Source of the DNA: a virus
Lineage: Duplodnaviria > Heunggongvirae > Uroviricota > Caudoviricetes
Virus record (IMG/VR): IMGVR_UViG_3300002348_000001
Coordinates: 19,979 to 83,978 of that record
DNA length: 64,000 nt
Direction: 5' to 3' (one strand)
Positions within the stretch are counted from its first letter, which is position 1. Each line of letters begins with the position of its first letter. Positions 55,080-64,000 of the stretch are shown in pieces. The position numbers were made by a program, and so were the translations under genes. The notes under the pieces were generated by a model that did no database searches, was not told the DNA's origin, and saw only the letters and a list, made by a program, of their open reading frames with translations.

Positions 55080-56147
55080 ATGAATTTTCAGGAATTAAAC
55101 AAACAAGTGGAGCTAGGACTGTCAAATAAAAACAGTGGAATTCCTATGGGTTTTAACAGGCTTAATAAATATATTGGTATTAGAAAATCCATATATACAT
55201 TAGTGGGAGGGCTTACGGGCTCAGGAAAAACATCTTTTATTGATGATGCATTTGTTTTAAATCCATTTGATTGGTTTATTTCTAAAGAAGGCCAAGCTTC
55301 AGGAATAAAACTAAAAATATGGTATAGATCTATGGAGCGTAGCAGAGTGTATAAAATGGCTAAATGGGTGTCTAGGAAAATATTTCTTGATCATGGTATA
55401 ATTATCACTGTTCCTAAACTATTAGGCTGGACAGAGAAAATGAACCACGATGAACATGATCTATTTTTACAATATGAGGATTATGTGGAAAGAATGAATG
55501 ATGTAATTACAATTATTGATGGTCCAGAGAATCCTGTAGGTATAGCTAAAGAATTAAAAGCTTTTGCTGAAAAGAATGGAGAAATAGTTCAAATAGATCA
55601 ATATAATAAGAAATACATTCCTAATGATGAAAGTCAGATAGTTATTCCTATTATAGATCATATTGGCCTACTTAAACTCACTAAAGATCAACCTACAAAG
55701 AAACAGGCTATTGATAAAATGTCAGATGAGCTGAGATATGCTAGAGATTTCTATGGATATAGTCCTGTTGTTGTTAGTCAGTTCAATAGAGATATTTCCA
55801 ACCCAATAAGAATGAAAAATGGAGATGTAGAGCCCCAATTAGAAGATTTTGCAGAAAGCTCTTCCACACAAAATGATGCTGATGTTGTTTTAGCTTTATT
55901 TGACCCTATGAGATATAAAGTGCCAGATCCTTCTGGATATAGTCTTGAAAAGCTAAAAGATGAATTTGGTGCTAAATATTTTAGAAGTCTTAGACTAATA
56001 AAGAATTCTTATGGGTCAGATGATGTAAGAATTGGTCTTGCATTTTTGGGTGAAATAGGTGTATTTAAAGAACTTCCTAGAAGAAAAAACATAACAGATG
56101 CTGATTATCAAGCTGTTGTAAATAAATCTTATTTTTTAAACCAATAA
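55080..56147 (+). CDS. DnaB-like replicative helicase, RecA-fold domain (355 aa)
   Basis: H1/Walker A VGGLTGSGKTSF; H2 IVIPIIDHIGLL; H3 VVVSQFNRD; H4 ESSSTQNDADVVLAL. This is the characteristic DnaB C-terminal motif set. Confidence 0.8.
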   Translation: MNFQELNKQVELGLSNKNSGIPMGFNRLNKYIGIRKSIYTLVGGLTGSGKTSFIDDAFVLNPFDWFISKEGQASGIKLKIWYRSMERSRVYKMAKWVSRKIFLDHGIIITVPKLLGWTEKMNHDEHDLFLQYEDYVERMNDVITIIDGPENPVGIAKELKAFAEKNGEIVQIDQYNKKYIPNDESQIVIPIIDHIGLLKLTKDQPTKKQAIDKMSDELRYARDFYGYSPVVVSQFNRDISNPIRMKNGDVEPQLEDFAESSSTQNDADVVLALFDPMRYKVPDPSGYSLEKLKDEFGAKYFRSLRLIKNSYGSDDVRIGLAFLGEIGVFKELPRRKNITDADYQAVVNKSYFLNQ

Positions 56148-56155
56148 ATAATTAT

Positions 56156-56491
56156 ATGTCAGGAGGTAGATTTGATTACATACAAAATCGTTTGCCCGAT
56201 GTGGCAGAAAGTATTGAAAATGTAATAGAAAGAAATGGAAAAAGAAAGACTAATGATGAATTAAAATTAGAATCTTGGCACTCATTAGATTGGTATGAAA
56301 AATACCCAGAGGACTTACATCATTATAAATATCCAGATGAAGTGATAGAAGAATTTAAAAAAGGAGTGGAAATTATTAAAAGAGCTTATGTTTATATCCA
56401 AAGGATTGATTGGCTTTTATCTGATGATGATGGAGAAGAGTCTTTTTTAGAAAGATTAAATAAAGAATTAAAAAATTTAAAAAATCAATAA
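56156..56491 (+). CDS. Hypothetical protein (111 aa)
   Basis: ORF. Confidence 0.5.
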   Translation: MSGGRFDYIQNRLPDVAESIENVIERNGKRKTNDELKLESWHSLDWYEKYPEDLHHYKYPDEVIEEFKKGVEIIKRAYVYIQRIDWLLSDDDGEESFLERLNKELKNLKNQ

Positions 56492-56745
56492 TGGACAGTG
56501 TATCAATAGAAGTGGAAATACTTCCAGAAATTCCTGTAACATTTACAGGAGAACCAGAATTCCATGATGATAGTTTTACCCATGAATTTGGTACAGAAGT
56601 GATTAAATACTGGTGCGTAGATAAGTTTACATGGGACAAAGAAGGCCACACAGAAGAAGAAATAACCAAAATTGAAGAGTGGTTAGGGTTCACTTCTAAC
56701 AAAGATTGGATTTGTGAAAATTTAACAAATAAAATAAAAAAATGA
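56491..56745 (+). CDS. Hypothetical acidic small protein (84 aa)
   Basis: ORF coupled to neighbours. Confidence 0.5.
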   Translation: MDSVSIEVEILPEIPVTFTGEPEFHDDSFTHEFGTEVIKYWCVDKFTWDKEGHTEEEITKIEEWLGFTSNKDWICENLTNKIKK

Positions 56746-56987
56746 CCAGAGAACTTTATTTAACTTACAGAAATCAAAATAATGCTGCTATCTTATATGA
56801 ATGGTATAAGGAAAAATTTGATTCTGTAAAACATCGTCCATTTTTATCATTCAATGAATTTTTTATATATCTACCTATGTGGGGAGATATAAACAATATT
56901 TATCAAAAAATTACACAAATTTTAGATGAAAAGTTTTCTATTAGAAAACTAATGAATTCAAATGGTGAGATAATAAATTACATATGA
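56742..56987 (+). CDS. Hypothetical small protein (81 aa)
   Basis: ORF coupled to neighbours. Confidence 0.5.
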   Translation: MTRELYLTYRNQNNAAILYEWYKEKFDSVKHRPFLSFNEFFIYLPMWGDINNIYQKITQILDEKFSIRKLMNSNGEIINYI

Positions 56988-58063
56988 GCAAACAAAATGA
57001 AATTCAAGAAAAATTTATAACAAAAGGACTTAGTTTTCTAAAAAAGAATAAGAAAGGATATTTCGATCTTGCTATGAGATTTGGTAAATGTCGCACCACT
57101 ATTGAAATACTTAAAAATCTTGTTCCTTCTCGTAGTACAATTCTTATAGCTTATCCAGATAATAAGTTAAAAGCCACTTGGCAATCAGAATGTGAAACAT
57201 GGGGATATAAGAATCCAAACATTTTTTATGTAAATTTTAGTTCTCTAAAGAAACATGCTACACATATATTTGATGTATTTGTTATAGATGAATTACACAG
57301 TTGCTCAGAAAATGAGAGAGAATATGCTCATCAAATAATGAATAATTGTGAATATACAATTGGACTTTCGGGCACTATTACAGCAGACACTGCTGAATTA
57401 TGGGATATGAAGGAAATAGCTTCTTACAGTACAGACGATGGTATAAAAGCTGGTATTCTTGCGGATTACAAAATTACAGTGCATGTAGTGAATTTAGATA
57501 ATAAAATATATACAAAAGATTCCAAAGGAAAGTCAAAGACAGAGAAACAAAGATATGATGCTTATACATGGGTAATTGAAAAACTAAAAAAAGAAGGAAG
57601 AGATTTTATGTTTTTAGCTTTAACAAGAAACAGACTTTCTCAATCTTCTGTAGGAAAATTACATTATGTTCAAGCTTTATTGGAAAAACTAAAAGACAAA
57701 AGAGTCTTGGTATTTACAGGACTATCTAAAGCTGCAGATAGTATTGGTATTCCTTCCTATCATACAAAAAGTAAAAATGATGATGCTTTTGTTGCTTTTC
57801 AAAATGAAGAGATTAATCATTTAGCTTTAGCTGCTATGGGAAAAGTGGGAGTGACATACCCTCATCTTGATTCTGTTATATTAACAAATTTTGTGTATGC
57901 AGCTGAGGAAAATGCTCAGATTTTGAACAGATGTATAAAATTAGATTATCAAGAAAAAGTAGCAGACATGCATGTAATTTGTTTAAATGAACCTGCAGAA
58001 ATAAAAAAATTAAAAGAAGGGCTTAGTTTATTAGACTCTTCAAAAATTATTTGGCAGTATTAA
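56984..58063 (+). CDS. SF2 (DExH-type) helicase/ATPase (359 aa)
   Basis: Motif I AMRFGKCRT, motif II VFVIDELHS (DExH), motif III GLSGTIT. Confidence 0.6.
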   Translation: MSKQNEIQEKFITKGLSFLKKNKKGYFDLAMRFGKCRTTIEILKNLVPSRSTILIAYPDNKLKATWQSECETWGYKNPNIFYVNFSSLKKHATHIFDVFVIDELHSCSENEREYAHQIMNNCEYTIGLSGTITADTAELWDMKEIASYSTDDGIKAGILADYKITVHVVNLDNKIYTKDSKGKSKTEKQRYDAYTWVIEKLKKEGRDFMFLALTRNRLSQSSVGKLHYVQALLEKLKDKRVLVFTGLSKAADSIGIPSYHTKSKNDDAFVAFQNEEINHLALAAMGKVGVTYPHLDSVILTNFVYAAEENAQILNRCIKLDYQEKVADMHVICLNEPAEIKKLKEGLSLLDSSKIIWQY

Positions 58064-58099
58064 ATATTTTACATATATTTGTGAACAAACTTCTCAAAT

Positions 58100-59077
58100 A
58101 TGATTGATAATTACGGAAAATACTACTTGTATAGACACATAAGACTTGATAAAAACGAACCTTTTTATATAGGAATTGGTACTAAAAAAGAGTCTAAAGC
58201 TAAAATAAAATTTAATAAAAAGTTTCAAAGTATTAAATATATATATGATAGAGCATATTCAAAAATAAGAAAAAGTTCTAAAATTTGGAATTTAATTACA
58301 GCAAAAACCGATTATAAAGTAGAAATCTTGTTAGAGTCAGACAGTCTTTCTTTTATAAAAGAAAAAGAAAAGGAATTTATAGCTTTTTATGGGAGAATTG
58401 ATAAAAATACAGGAATTTTAGCTAATATGACAGATGGTGGAGAAGGAATGACTGGAACTTCTAGAAAATTTACAGAAGAACAAAAAATAAAACATAGAAA
58501 TCATACTTCTTGTAAAAAAGTAGTAAAATTAGACAGTAACTATGAAATAGTTGAAATTTATCTTAGTTCTAGAGAAGCAAGTAGAAAAAATTTTATTTCT
58601 AAAGTATGTGATATTTGTAATGATAAATGTAAATTAAAAAATGGATTTACTTATAGATATTTAAATGACTACATTTTTTATAAAAATAAAGAAAACTTTT
58701 ATATTAAAGGAAGTAAGTACATAATATATGAAAATAAAGAATGGCACATACATGATTTTTGTAAATATATAGCTAACATAAATAAAACTTCTTATGTTAA
58801 AATTTATAATAGATTACAAAAAGGATTATCAATAGATGAATCTATAAAACTAAATACAAAACTTAAACCTTCTAAATATATTTATATAATAGAAAATGTT
58901 AAAACTGGGGAAAAAACAAAATTTAAAACAATGATTGAATTGTGTAATGAATTAAAAGAACAGAGACCTACAATATGGTATAGAATAAAAAATAAAACTG
59001 TAAAAAATGGGTTTATAATAAAGAAAGAAAGTCTTTCAATGTTGGATGAAAACAAAATAAGTTATATCTTTGGTTAA
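58100..59077 (+). CDS. Free-standing GIY-YIG homing endonuclease (325 aa)
   Basis: N-terminal KYYLYRHI...PFYIGIGT (GIY...YIG variant). Downstream FTEEQKIKHRNH (NUMOD3-like) and DSNYEIVEIYLSSREASRK (IENR1/NUMOD1-like) DNA-binding modules. Confidence 0.65.
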   Translation: MIDNYGKYYLYRHIRLDKNEPFYIGIGTKKESKAKIKFNKKFQSIKYIYDRAYSKIRKSSKIWNLITAKTDYKVEILLESDSLSFIKEKEKEFIAFYGRIDKNTGILANMTDGGEGMTGTSRKFTEEQKIKHRNHTSCKKVVKLDSNYEIVEIYLSSREASRKNFISKVCDICNDKCKLKNGFTYRYLNDYIFYKNKENFYIKGSKYIIYENKEWHIHDFCKYIANINKTSYVKIYNRLQKGLSIDESIKLNTKLKPSKYIYIIENVKTGEKTKFKTMIELCNELKEQRPTIWYRIKNKTVKNGFIIKKESLSMLDENKISYIFG

Positions 59078-59099
59078 AACAATTTAAAACAAAATAAAA

Positions 59100-59771
59100 A
59101 TGGCAAGCAAATTAATTGGCATAGTGGGCCAAACAGGAACAGGAAAATCAACATCAATTAAACATTTAAATCCAGAAGAAACTTACATTATTAACGTAGC
59201 AAAAAAAGAATTACCTTTCAAAGGAAGTGAAAAACTGTATAATACAGAAAAAAAGAATTATAAAGAAGTGGACGATGCTATTGAAATTACACGTTTATTA
59301 AGAACAATTTCAGAGAAAGCTACCCACATCAAAAATATTGTGATAGAAGATTCTAATTATATAATGGGTTTTAATATGGTGGCTAAAGCTACAGAAACAG
59401 GGTACACTAAATTTAGTGTTATGGCTAAAGATATGGTGGAATTGTTTAGAGAAGCCAGAAAGCTAAGAGATGATATAAAGGTGTTTTATTTCACTCATCC
59501 AGAAACAGTGGAAGATGGTGGTGATATTATTGGGTATAAAATTAAGACAGCTGGTAAATTGATTGATAATCAAGTGCTATTAGAAGGACTTCTAACAGTG
59601 TGTTTATACACATTAGTAGAAGAAAATAAAGATGGATCAGCCTCTTATTATTTTATAACAAATAGATATAAAAAGTTCCCAGCGAAAAGTCCAGATGGTA
59701 TGTTTAGTGAATTAAAAATTCCTAACAATTTACAAGAAGTGGTAAACAATGTAGACAACTATTATAAATAA
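59100..59771 (+). CDS. P-loop NTPase (223 aa); Sak4/RecA-like recombination ATPase or nucleotide kinase
   Basis: Walker A IGIVGQTGTGKST at N-terminus; hydrophobic stretch then D/E (IVIEDSNY) as Walker B candidate. Confidence 0.5.
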   Translation: MASKLIGIVGQTGTGKSTSIKHLNPEETYIINVAKKELPFKGSEKLYNTEKKNYKEVDDAIEITRLLRTISEKATHIKNIVIEDSNYIMGFNMVAKATETGYTKFSVMAKDMVELFREARKLRDDIKVFYFTHPETVEDGGDIIGYKIKTAGKLIDNQVLLEGLLTVCLYTLVEENKDGSASYYFITNRYKKFPAKSPDGMFSELKIPNNLQEVVNNVDNYYK

Positions 59772-59791
59772 ACAATTAAAAACAAAACAAA

Positions 59792-60661
59792 ATGAGTACA
59801 ATTGGCGGAAAAAAGAGAGAGCAACAAAATTTTGACAGTCCTATTAGAAAGATTGGCCTTGCAGAAATGAAAGTGATAGCTATTAATCCTGATGAGGAAG
59901 AGTATAAAGAAGTGTTAAAAATGGAGCTTAAAGAAGGAAGCAAAGCTACAGAATATTTAGGGGAAAGTCAGGATGGTAATAAAACTCTAAGAGTTGATTT
60001 TTGGATGGAAGAAGTGAAAAGCAAGGATAAATTTAAGGTGACTTTCTTCTTAGAAAATAAAATGAGATGGAATAAAGACAACACTAAACAACAATATATT
60101 AATAATTTAGGGTCTTGTTCTTGGGCTGAAGATGAGAATGAATTACAAGACTGGTTTAAAAAAAGAGAGTATAGACCAGCTTATATAGGAGAAGAAGATC
60201 TTTACAACTTCTTACGCACTTGGTTAGGAAATTTAGACTATAAAGATGCAGAAACCACTTTACAAATTGAGTGGGCTAAGCTTATGAAAGGTAATGTTAA
60301 AGACCTTAAAGCACAAATTGACGGAGAATATGCTACAAGTTTCTTAGCTCTATTAACTATCAAAACTGTAGAAAAAGAAGGAGAAACCAAAGAATATCAA
60401 TCTGTATATAACAGAGCTTTTCTTCCAGCTTATTTATTAAAGCAATTTAGACTTATAGACTATAACAATTCTGATGTTCAACGTAGTTTAAAATCAAAGC
60501 TTTCTAAAGAATTAAAACCTGCAGAAAGATTTGTTGTTAATGTTACAGGAGAATATGGTTGTAAAGATTTTTATACATTTAAAGATGCAAAAGAATACAA
60601 CGCTTCTGAAAATTTAGTAGCATCAAATGATACTATTTCTGAAGATGATAGTGACTATTAA
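59792..60661 (+). CDS. Putative single-stranded DNA-binding protein (289 aa) with acidic aromatic C-terminal tail
   Basis: C-terminus ...SNDTISEDDSDY (acidic tail ending in an aromatic residue, as in E. coli SSB and T7 gp2.5). Pairing with a Sak4-like ATPase is a common arrangement. No OB-fold motif verified. Confidence 0.4.
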   Translation: MSTIGGKKREQQNFDSPIRKIGLAEMKVIAINPDEEEYKEVLKMELKEGSKATEYLGESQDGNKTLRVDFWMEEVKSKDKFKVTFFLENKMRWNKDNTKQQYINNLGSCSWAEDENELQDWFKKREYRPAYIGEEDLYNFLRTWLGNLDYKDAETTLQIEWAKLMKGNVKDLKAQIDGEYATSFLALLTIKTVEKEGETKEYQSVYNRAFLPAYLLKQFRLIDYNNSDVQRSLKSKLSKELKPAERFVVNVTGEYGCKDFYTFKDAKEYNASENLVASNDTISEDDSDY

Positions 60662-60688
60662 TCCCCCTGTTTTTTGATTTAGATAAAA

Positions 60689-60716
60689 GCCCCAATAGAA
60701 ATATTGGGGCTTTTTT
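60689..60716 (+). terminator. Rho-independent terminator with GAAA tetraloop
   Basis: GCCCCAATA-GAAA-TATTGGGGC followed by TTTTTT. Confidence 0.75.
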
Positions 60717-60730
60717 ATTAAGTTTGTAGT

Positions 60731-61735
60731 ATGATACATGGAAGAAAAAAATTAAAATTAACCCCAGAAACAGTGTTATCTAAAATCACTCCATATGATA
60801 TATTTATGTATTATATGCCTAGTAAGAATTGGAAATTAAATAGTGTCACTTATTCCCCTTTTAGACAAGAAAATCATCCTTCTTTTTTAATAGGAAATAA
60901 GAATGGAGATCTTTCTTTTATAGACTTTGCAGATACAGGTAAAAGAGGTGATTGTTTCCAATTTGTGAAGCTTATGTACAATTTGTTTTCTATAGATGAG
61001 GTGTTAAAAATGATAGATAAAGATTTTTCTTTGGGAATATCAACAGGAACCTTTTCAGAAGACTATAAGAAAATAACTTCCCAATATAAACAACCAGAAG
61101 AATTAGGTAAAAGGTATTCTTTAATACAAGTGATTACTGGAAAGTTTACAAAAGAAGAACTGGCATACTGGAATCAATATCACCAGGATATACAAGATCT
61201 TAGAGATAATAACATTTATTCTGTTAAAAAAGTGTATTTAAACAAACAATTGTTCTATTTAGACGATAACCAACTAAGATTTGGTTATTATTATGACGGA
61301 AATTGGAAAATATATTCACCTTTTGCAGATAAAAAGAAAAAATGGGTGCCCAATAATGTACCTATTAATACATTAGAAGGAAAAGATAATATCAAAGATT
61401 GTGATGTGGCTCTAATTTCTAAGAGTAAAAAAGATCTCATGGTGTTAAAAAAAGTGTTTCCTTGCGTATGCGCTGTTCAAAATGAAGGAATTGCTTGTTT
61501 TTCTGAGGAAAATGTACAGTTTTTAAAAGATAATTCTAATAAACAGATTTTGTCTTTTGATAGTGACATTACAGGTGTAACAAACAGTCAACAGATAACA
61601 AAATTATTTGATTTTGACTATTGTAATGTTCCTAAGGAATATTTAAAAGAAGGTATTAAAGATTTCGCAGATCTTGGAAAAATACACGGATTAAAAACAA
61701 TTGAAAATTATTTAAAACAAAAACAATTATTATGA
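60731..61735 (+). CDS. DnaG-like DNA primase (334 aa) with degenerate zinc-binding region and Toprim-like C-terminal half
   Basis: YSPFRQENHPSFLIGNKNGDLSFIDFADTGKRGDCFQFVKLM parallels the DnaG Zn-ribbon block (CPFH.E.TPSF.V......CFGCG..GD.I.FV) with the Cys ligands replaced. A D.D (FDSD) motif lies in the C-terminal half. Confidence 0.5.
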   Translation: MIHGRKKLKLTPETVLSKITPYDIFMYYMPSKNWKLNSVTYSPFRQENHPSFLIGNKNGDLSFIDFADTGKRGDCFQFVKLMYNLFSIDEVLKMIDKDFSLGISTGTFSEDYKKITSQYKQPEELGKRYSLIQVITGKFTKEELAYWNQYHQDIQDLRDNNIYSVKKVYLNKQLFYLDDNQLRFGYYYDGNWKIYSPFADKKKKWVPNNVPINTLEGKDNIKDCDVALISKSKKDLMVLKKVFPCVCAVQNEGIACFSEENVQFLKDNSNKQILSFDSDITGVTNSQQITKLFDFDYCNVPKEYLKEGIKDFADLGKIHGLKTIENYLKQKQLL

Positions 61736-61908
61736 AAAATGAAATGAGAAAATGGGCAATGGATAGAATAAAAGAACACCCACAATACAACCAAGAGATT
61801 ACAGATTTATGGAATTTATGTATGAGTGAGATTGAAGAAGGAGGATCTGAATCCCACGAATTAGAGTTATTTAGAAACGATGTTGAAGAACTAATAAAAC
61901 AAAATTAA
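61732..61908 (+). CDS. Possible small protein (58 aa), not in the ORF track
   Basis: ATGA overlap with the primase stop: MKNEMRKWAMDRIKEHPQYNQEITDLWNLCMSEIEEGGSESHELELFRNDVEELIKQN. Confidence 0.35.
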   Translation: MKNEMRKWAMDRIKEHPQYNQEITDLWNLCMSEIEEGGSESHELELFRNDVEELIKQN

Positions 61909-61909
61909 T

Positions 61910-62113
61910 ATGACACAGAAGCAATTAGTAGAAACAATTCAAGAAAATATTGAGTGGTTAAGTACAACAGAAGGAAATGAGGTAGAATGTATAGGAATAG
62001 AGAATTTAGAAAGTATTTTAAGTAAGTATTTAGGAAAAAAGGTGCGTATTAGTTTAGACGCAGAAACAATTGTAGAAAAGGAAAGTAGATTTAAACAATT
62101 AGAATTATTTTAA
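61910..62113 (+). CDS. Hypothetical small protein (67 aa)
   Basis: ORF. Confidence 0.45.
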   Translation: MTQKQLVETIQENIEWLSTTEGNEVECIGIENLESILSKYLGKKVRISLDAETIVEKESRFKQLELF

Positions 62114-62114
62114 T

Positions 62115-62831
62115 ATGGAATGGAGTAAATTTTCACATCATTTTCATCCCTCTTGGGAGCATAAAATCAGACCATTTATAGAGAGTGAGGAATGTAACAA
62201 CATATATAAATTTTTAAAATCTGAGTCACAAAAAGGAAAAAAATTAGCTCCTATTTCTACAGATACATATAAAGTTTTTCAACTAACACCTTTAAATGAG
62301 GTGGTAGCTATAGTGCTTGGTATGTGTCCCTACCACACTACTAAAAATAATATGATAGTGGCAGATGGACTTGCTTTAGGATGTTCTAATACAAAAGAAT
62401 TACAACCTTCTTTGGAGCAATTTTATAATGCCATTGAAAAGGATGTTTATGGAGGAATGTGTTTAGAGGGGTTTAAATCTTTCGATGTTTCCTTTCTATC
62501 CAAACAAGGAGTGTTAATGTTAAATGCTGCTTTAACTACAGAAATAGGAAAAGCTGGGGCACATATGGATATTTGGACTCCTTTCACTACATATTTATTT
62601 AAAAATATATTTAATTATATGGATGTGCCTATAATAATGTTAGGTAAAGAAGCTCAAAAATATGGACAATACATCACTAACCAGGAGATGTTATTTCCAC
62701 TATCTCATCCAGCTTCAGCATCCTATAAAAAAACAGATTGGGATTCAGAAGGAGTTTTTAAAAAAGTGACAGAAATAGTTAAAAATACAAATGGAAACAA
62801 CCTCGATTGGTGGGAAATGTGTCCATTTTAA
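62115..62831 (+). CDS. ung: Uracil-DNA glycosylase, family 1-like (238 aa)
   Basis: VVAIVLGMCPYHT corresponds to the UNG water-activating loop (V.ILGQDPYH); FPLSHPASASYKK corresponds to the C-terminal HPSPLS motif. Confidence 0.6.
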   Translation: MEWSKFSHHFHPSWEHKIRPFIESEECNNIYKFLKSESQKGKKLAPISTDTYKVFQLTPLNEVVAIVLGMCPYHTTKNNMIVADGLALGCSNTKELQPSLEQFYNAIEKDVYGGMCLEGFKSFDVSFLSKQGVLMLNAALTTEIGKAGAHMDIWTPFTTYLFKNIFNYMDVPIIMLGKEAQKYGQYITNQEMLFPLSHPASASYKKTDWDSEGVFKKVTEIVKNTNGNNLDWWEMCPF

Positions 62832-62843
62832 AAATCAAAAATT

Positions 62844-63170
62844 ATGGAATTACAAATAATAGAAGTGAAAGACTTAGAAGTGGGAGATGAAATAATCATC
62901 TCTTGCCAGTCTTATTTTAAGTATTTAAAAATACTTAGAAAACCTACTTTAAGTGGAAAAACCCACTGGAGTAGAGGAGTTCCTTTGTATAAAGCTGTAA
63001 AATGCTCTACACGTAGAGAAGAAAAAGATATAACTTGGAGAACACATCTTGGTCAAACAATCACTCGAACAGAGAGAACCTGGGGATTTGGCCCAGAAAA
63101 TCATAACTATACCCAGTATATAGATTTAGAATACAGACAAATGATATTAATAAAGAAAAACACACAATAA
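62844..63170 (+). CDS. Hypothetical protein (108 aa)
   Basis: ORF. Confidence 0.5.
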   Translation: MELQIIEVKDLEVGDEIIISCQSYFKYLKILRKPTLSGKTHWSRGVPLYKAVKCSTRREEKDITWRTHLGQTITRTERTWGFGPENHNYTQYIDLEYRQMILIKKNTQ

Positions 63171-63173
63171 AAC

Positions 63174-64000
63174 ATGATACTAGAAAAACAAACAGACGCA
63201 ACAATCCTATCAGAAGGAAATTCTCAAGATTCAATTGGGATGAGCCTAGACTTAGATTCTGCACAAATGTTGATGCAGATGTTAAGTAAGAATTTATATT
63301 CAGATGGTATAGGAAGTACAATTAGAGAAACAGCCAGTAATGCATTAGATTCACATAGAAGAGCTGGTATTGATAAACCAATTGTTGTTAGCTTTAAACA
63401 AAATAATCAAGGAAATTATGAATTCTCTGTAGAAGATTTTGGTGCAGGCCTAGATGATGATGATGTTAAAAACATTATTAGTAAATATGGTAAATCCACT
63501 AAAAGAACACAAGCTAATGAATTGGGAATGTTCGGATTGGGCTTTAAGAGTCCTTTAGCTTATTCTTCTTCATTTTATTTTGTTTGTAGGAAGAACGGAG
63601 TGGAAAGAAAATATATGATGTATGAAGGAGAAGAAATTAACACTATAGATCTTCTTTATGAAACTCCTACAGAAGAATGTAATGGTGTAAAAGTGATTGT
63701 TCCTGTTAATTATAGAGACAGACATGATTTTGTAACGAAAATTAAAGAACAATTGGCTTATTTTGAAAATGTTTATTTTAATGTAGACGGGATTTCTAAC
63801 GATTTCACTATATTTAGAGGGGAACATTTTCAATTTTCTGAACTTTGTACAGATAAAAAACTCCATATTTGCTTAGACAATGTCTACTACCCAGTTGATT
63901 TTTCAAAACTTGGAATAGAGTCTATTTGGTTCCCTGTTGCATTGAGATTTGGTCTTTCTGATGGAATATTTCCTATTCCTAATAGAGAGGCTATAAAAAT
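63174..64000 (+). CDS. GHKL-superfamily ATPase, Hsp90/MORC-like ATP-binding domain (N-terminal 275 aa; continues past window end)
   Basis: Open frame from ATG 63174 to the window end. N-box ETASNALDS (Hsp90 ELISNASDALDK-like), G1 box EDFGAGLD, lid ISKYGKSTKR, G2 box LGMFGLGFKS (Hsp90 IGQFGVGFYS-like). Confidence 0.6.
   Translation, partial: MILEKQTDATILSEGNSQDSIGMSLDLDSAQMLMQMLSKNLYSDGIGSTIRETASNALDSHRRAGIDKPIVVSFKQNNQGNYEFSVEDFGAGLDDDDVKNIISKYGKSTKRTQANELGMFGLGFKSPLAYSSSFYFVCRKNGVERKYMMYEGEEINTIDLLYETPTEECNGVKVIVPVNYRDRHDFVTKIKEQLAYFENVYFNVDGISNDFTIFRGEHFQFSELCTDKKLHICLDNVYYPVDFSKLGIESIWFPVALRFGLSDGIFPIPNREAIK

Overview
The whole window reads as a low-GC (about 30-33%) double-stranded DNA phage genome segment. 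No Shine-Dalgarno motifs are visible. Together with the delta-60-type repeats and Thr-rich linkers this suggests a Bacteroidetes/Flavobacteriia-type host, but that is an inference. Positions 1 to about 39340 hold a morphogenesis/structural operon on the minus strand. It contains a small HTH/Zn-finger regulatory cassette, terminase large subunit, portal, an SPFH-domain protein, scaffold, major capsid candidate and a tail-collar-domain fibre. It also contains five very large virion proteins (over 1700 aa partial, 919, 1388, 288 and 2229 aa). Positions 39340 to 39658 are a divergent junction with an unusual G9/C6 homopolymer pair. From 39659 to 64000 a plus-strand early/replication module follows. 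It begins with many small accessory ORFs and an AT-repeat (TA)n iteron region. It holds two tRNA-like genes, one atypically long, beside an ORF-free structured-RNA candidate of about 490 bp. It contains paralogous gene pairs, several hairpin terminators, ThyX, family-A DNA polymerase, a DnaB-like helicase and an SF2 helicase. It continues with a free-standing GIY-YIG homing endonuclease, a P-loop ATPase plus SSB-like pair, a DnaG-like primase, uracil-DNA glycosylase and a partial Hsp90/MORC-like GHKL ATPase at the window end. All calls are from manual reading of the sequence and ORF track. No database search or computation was run.
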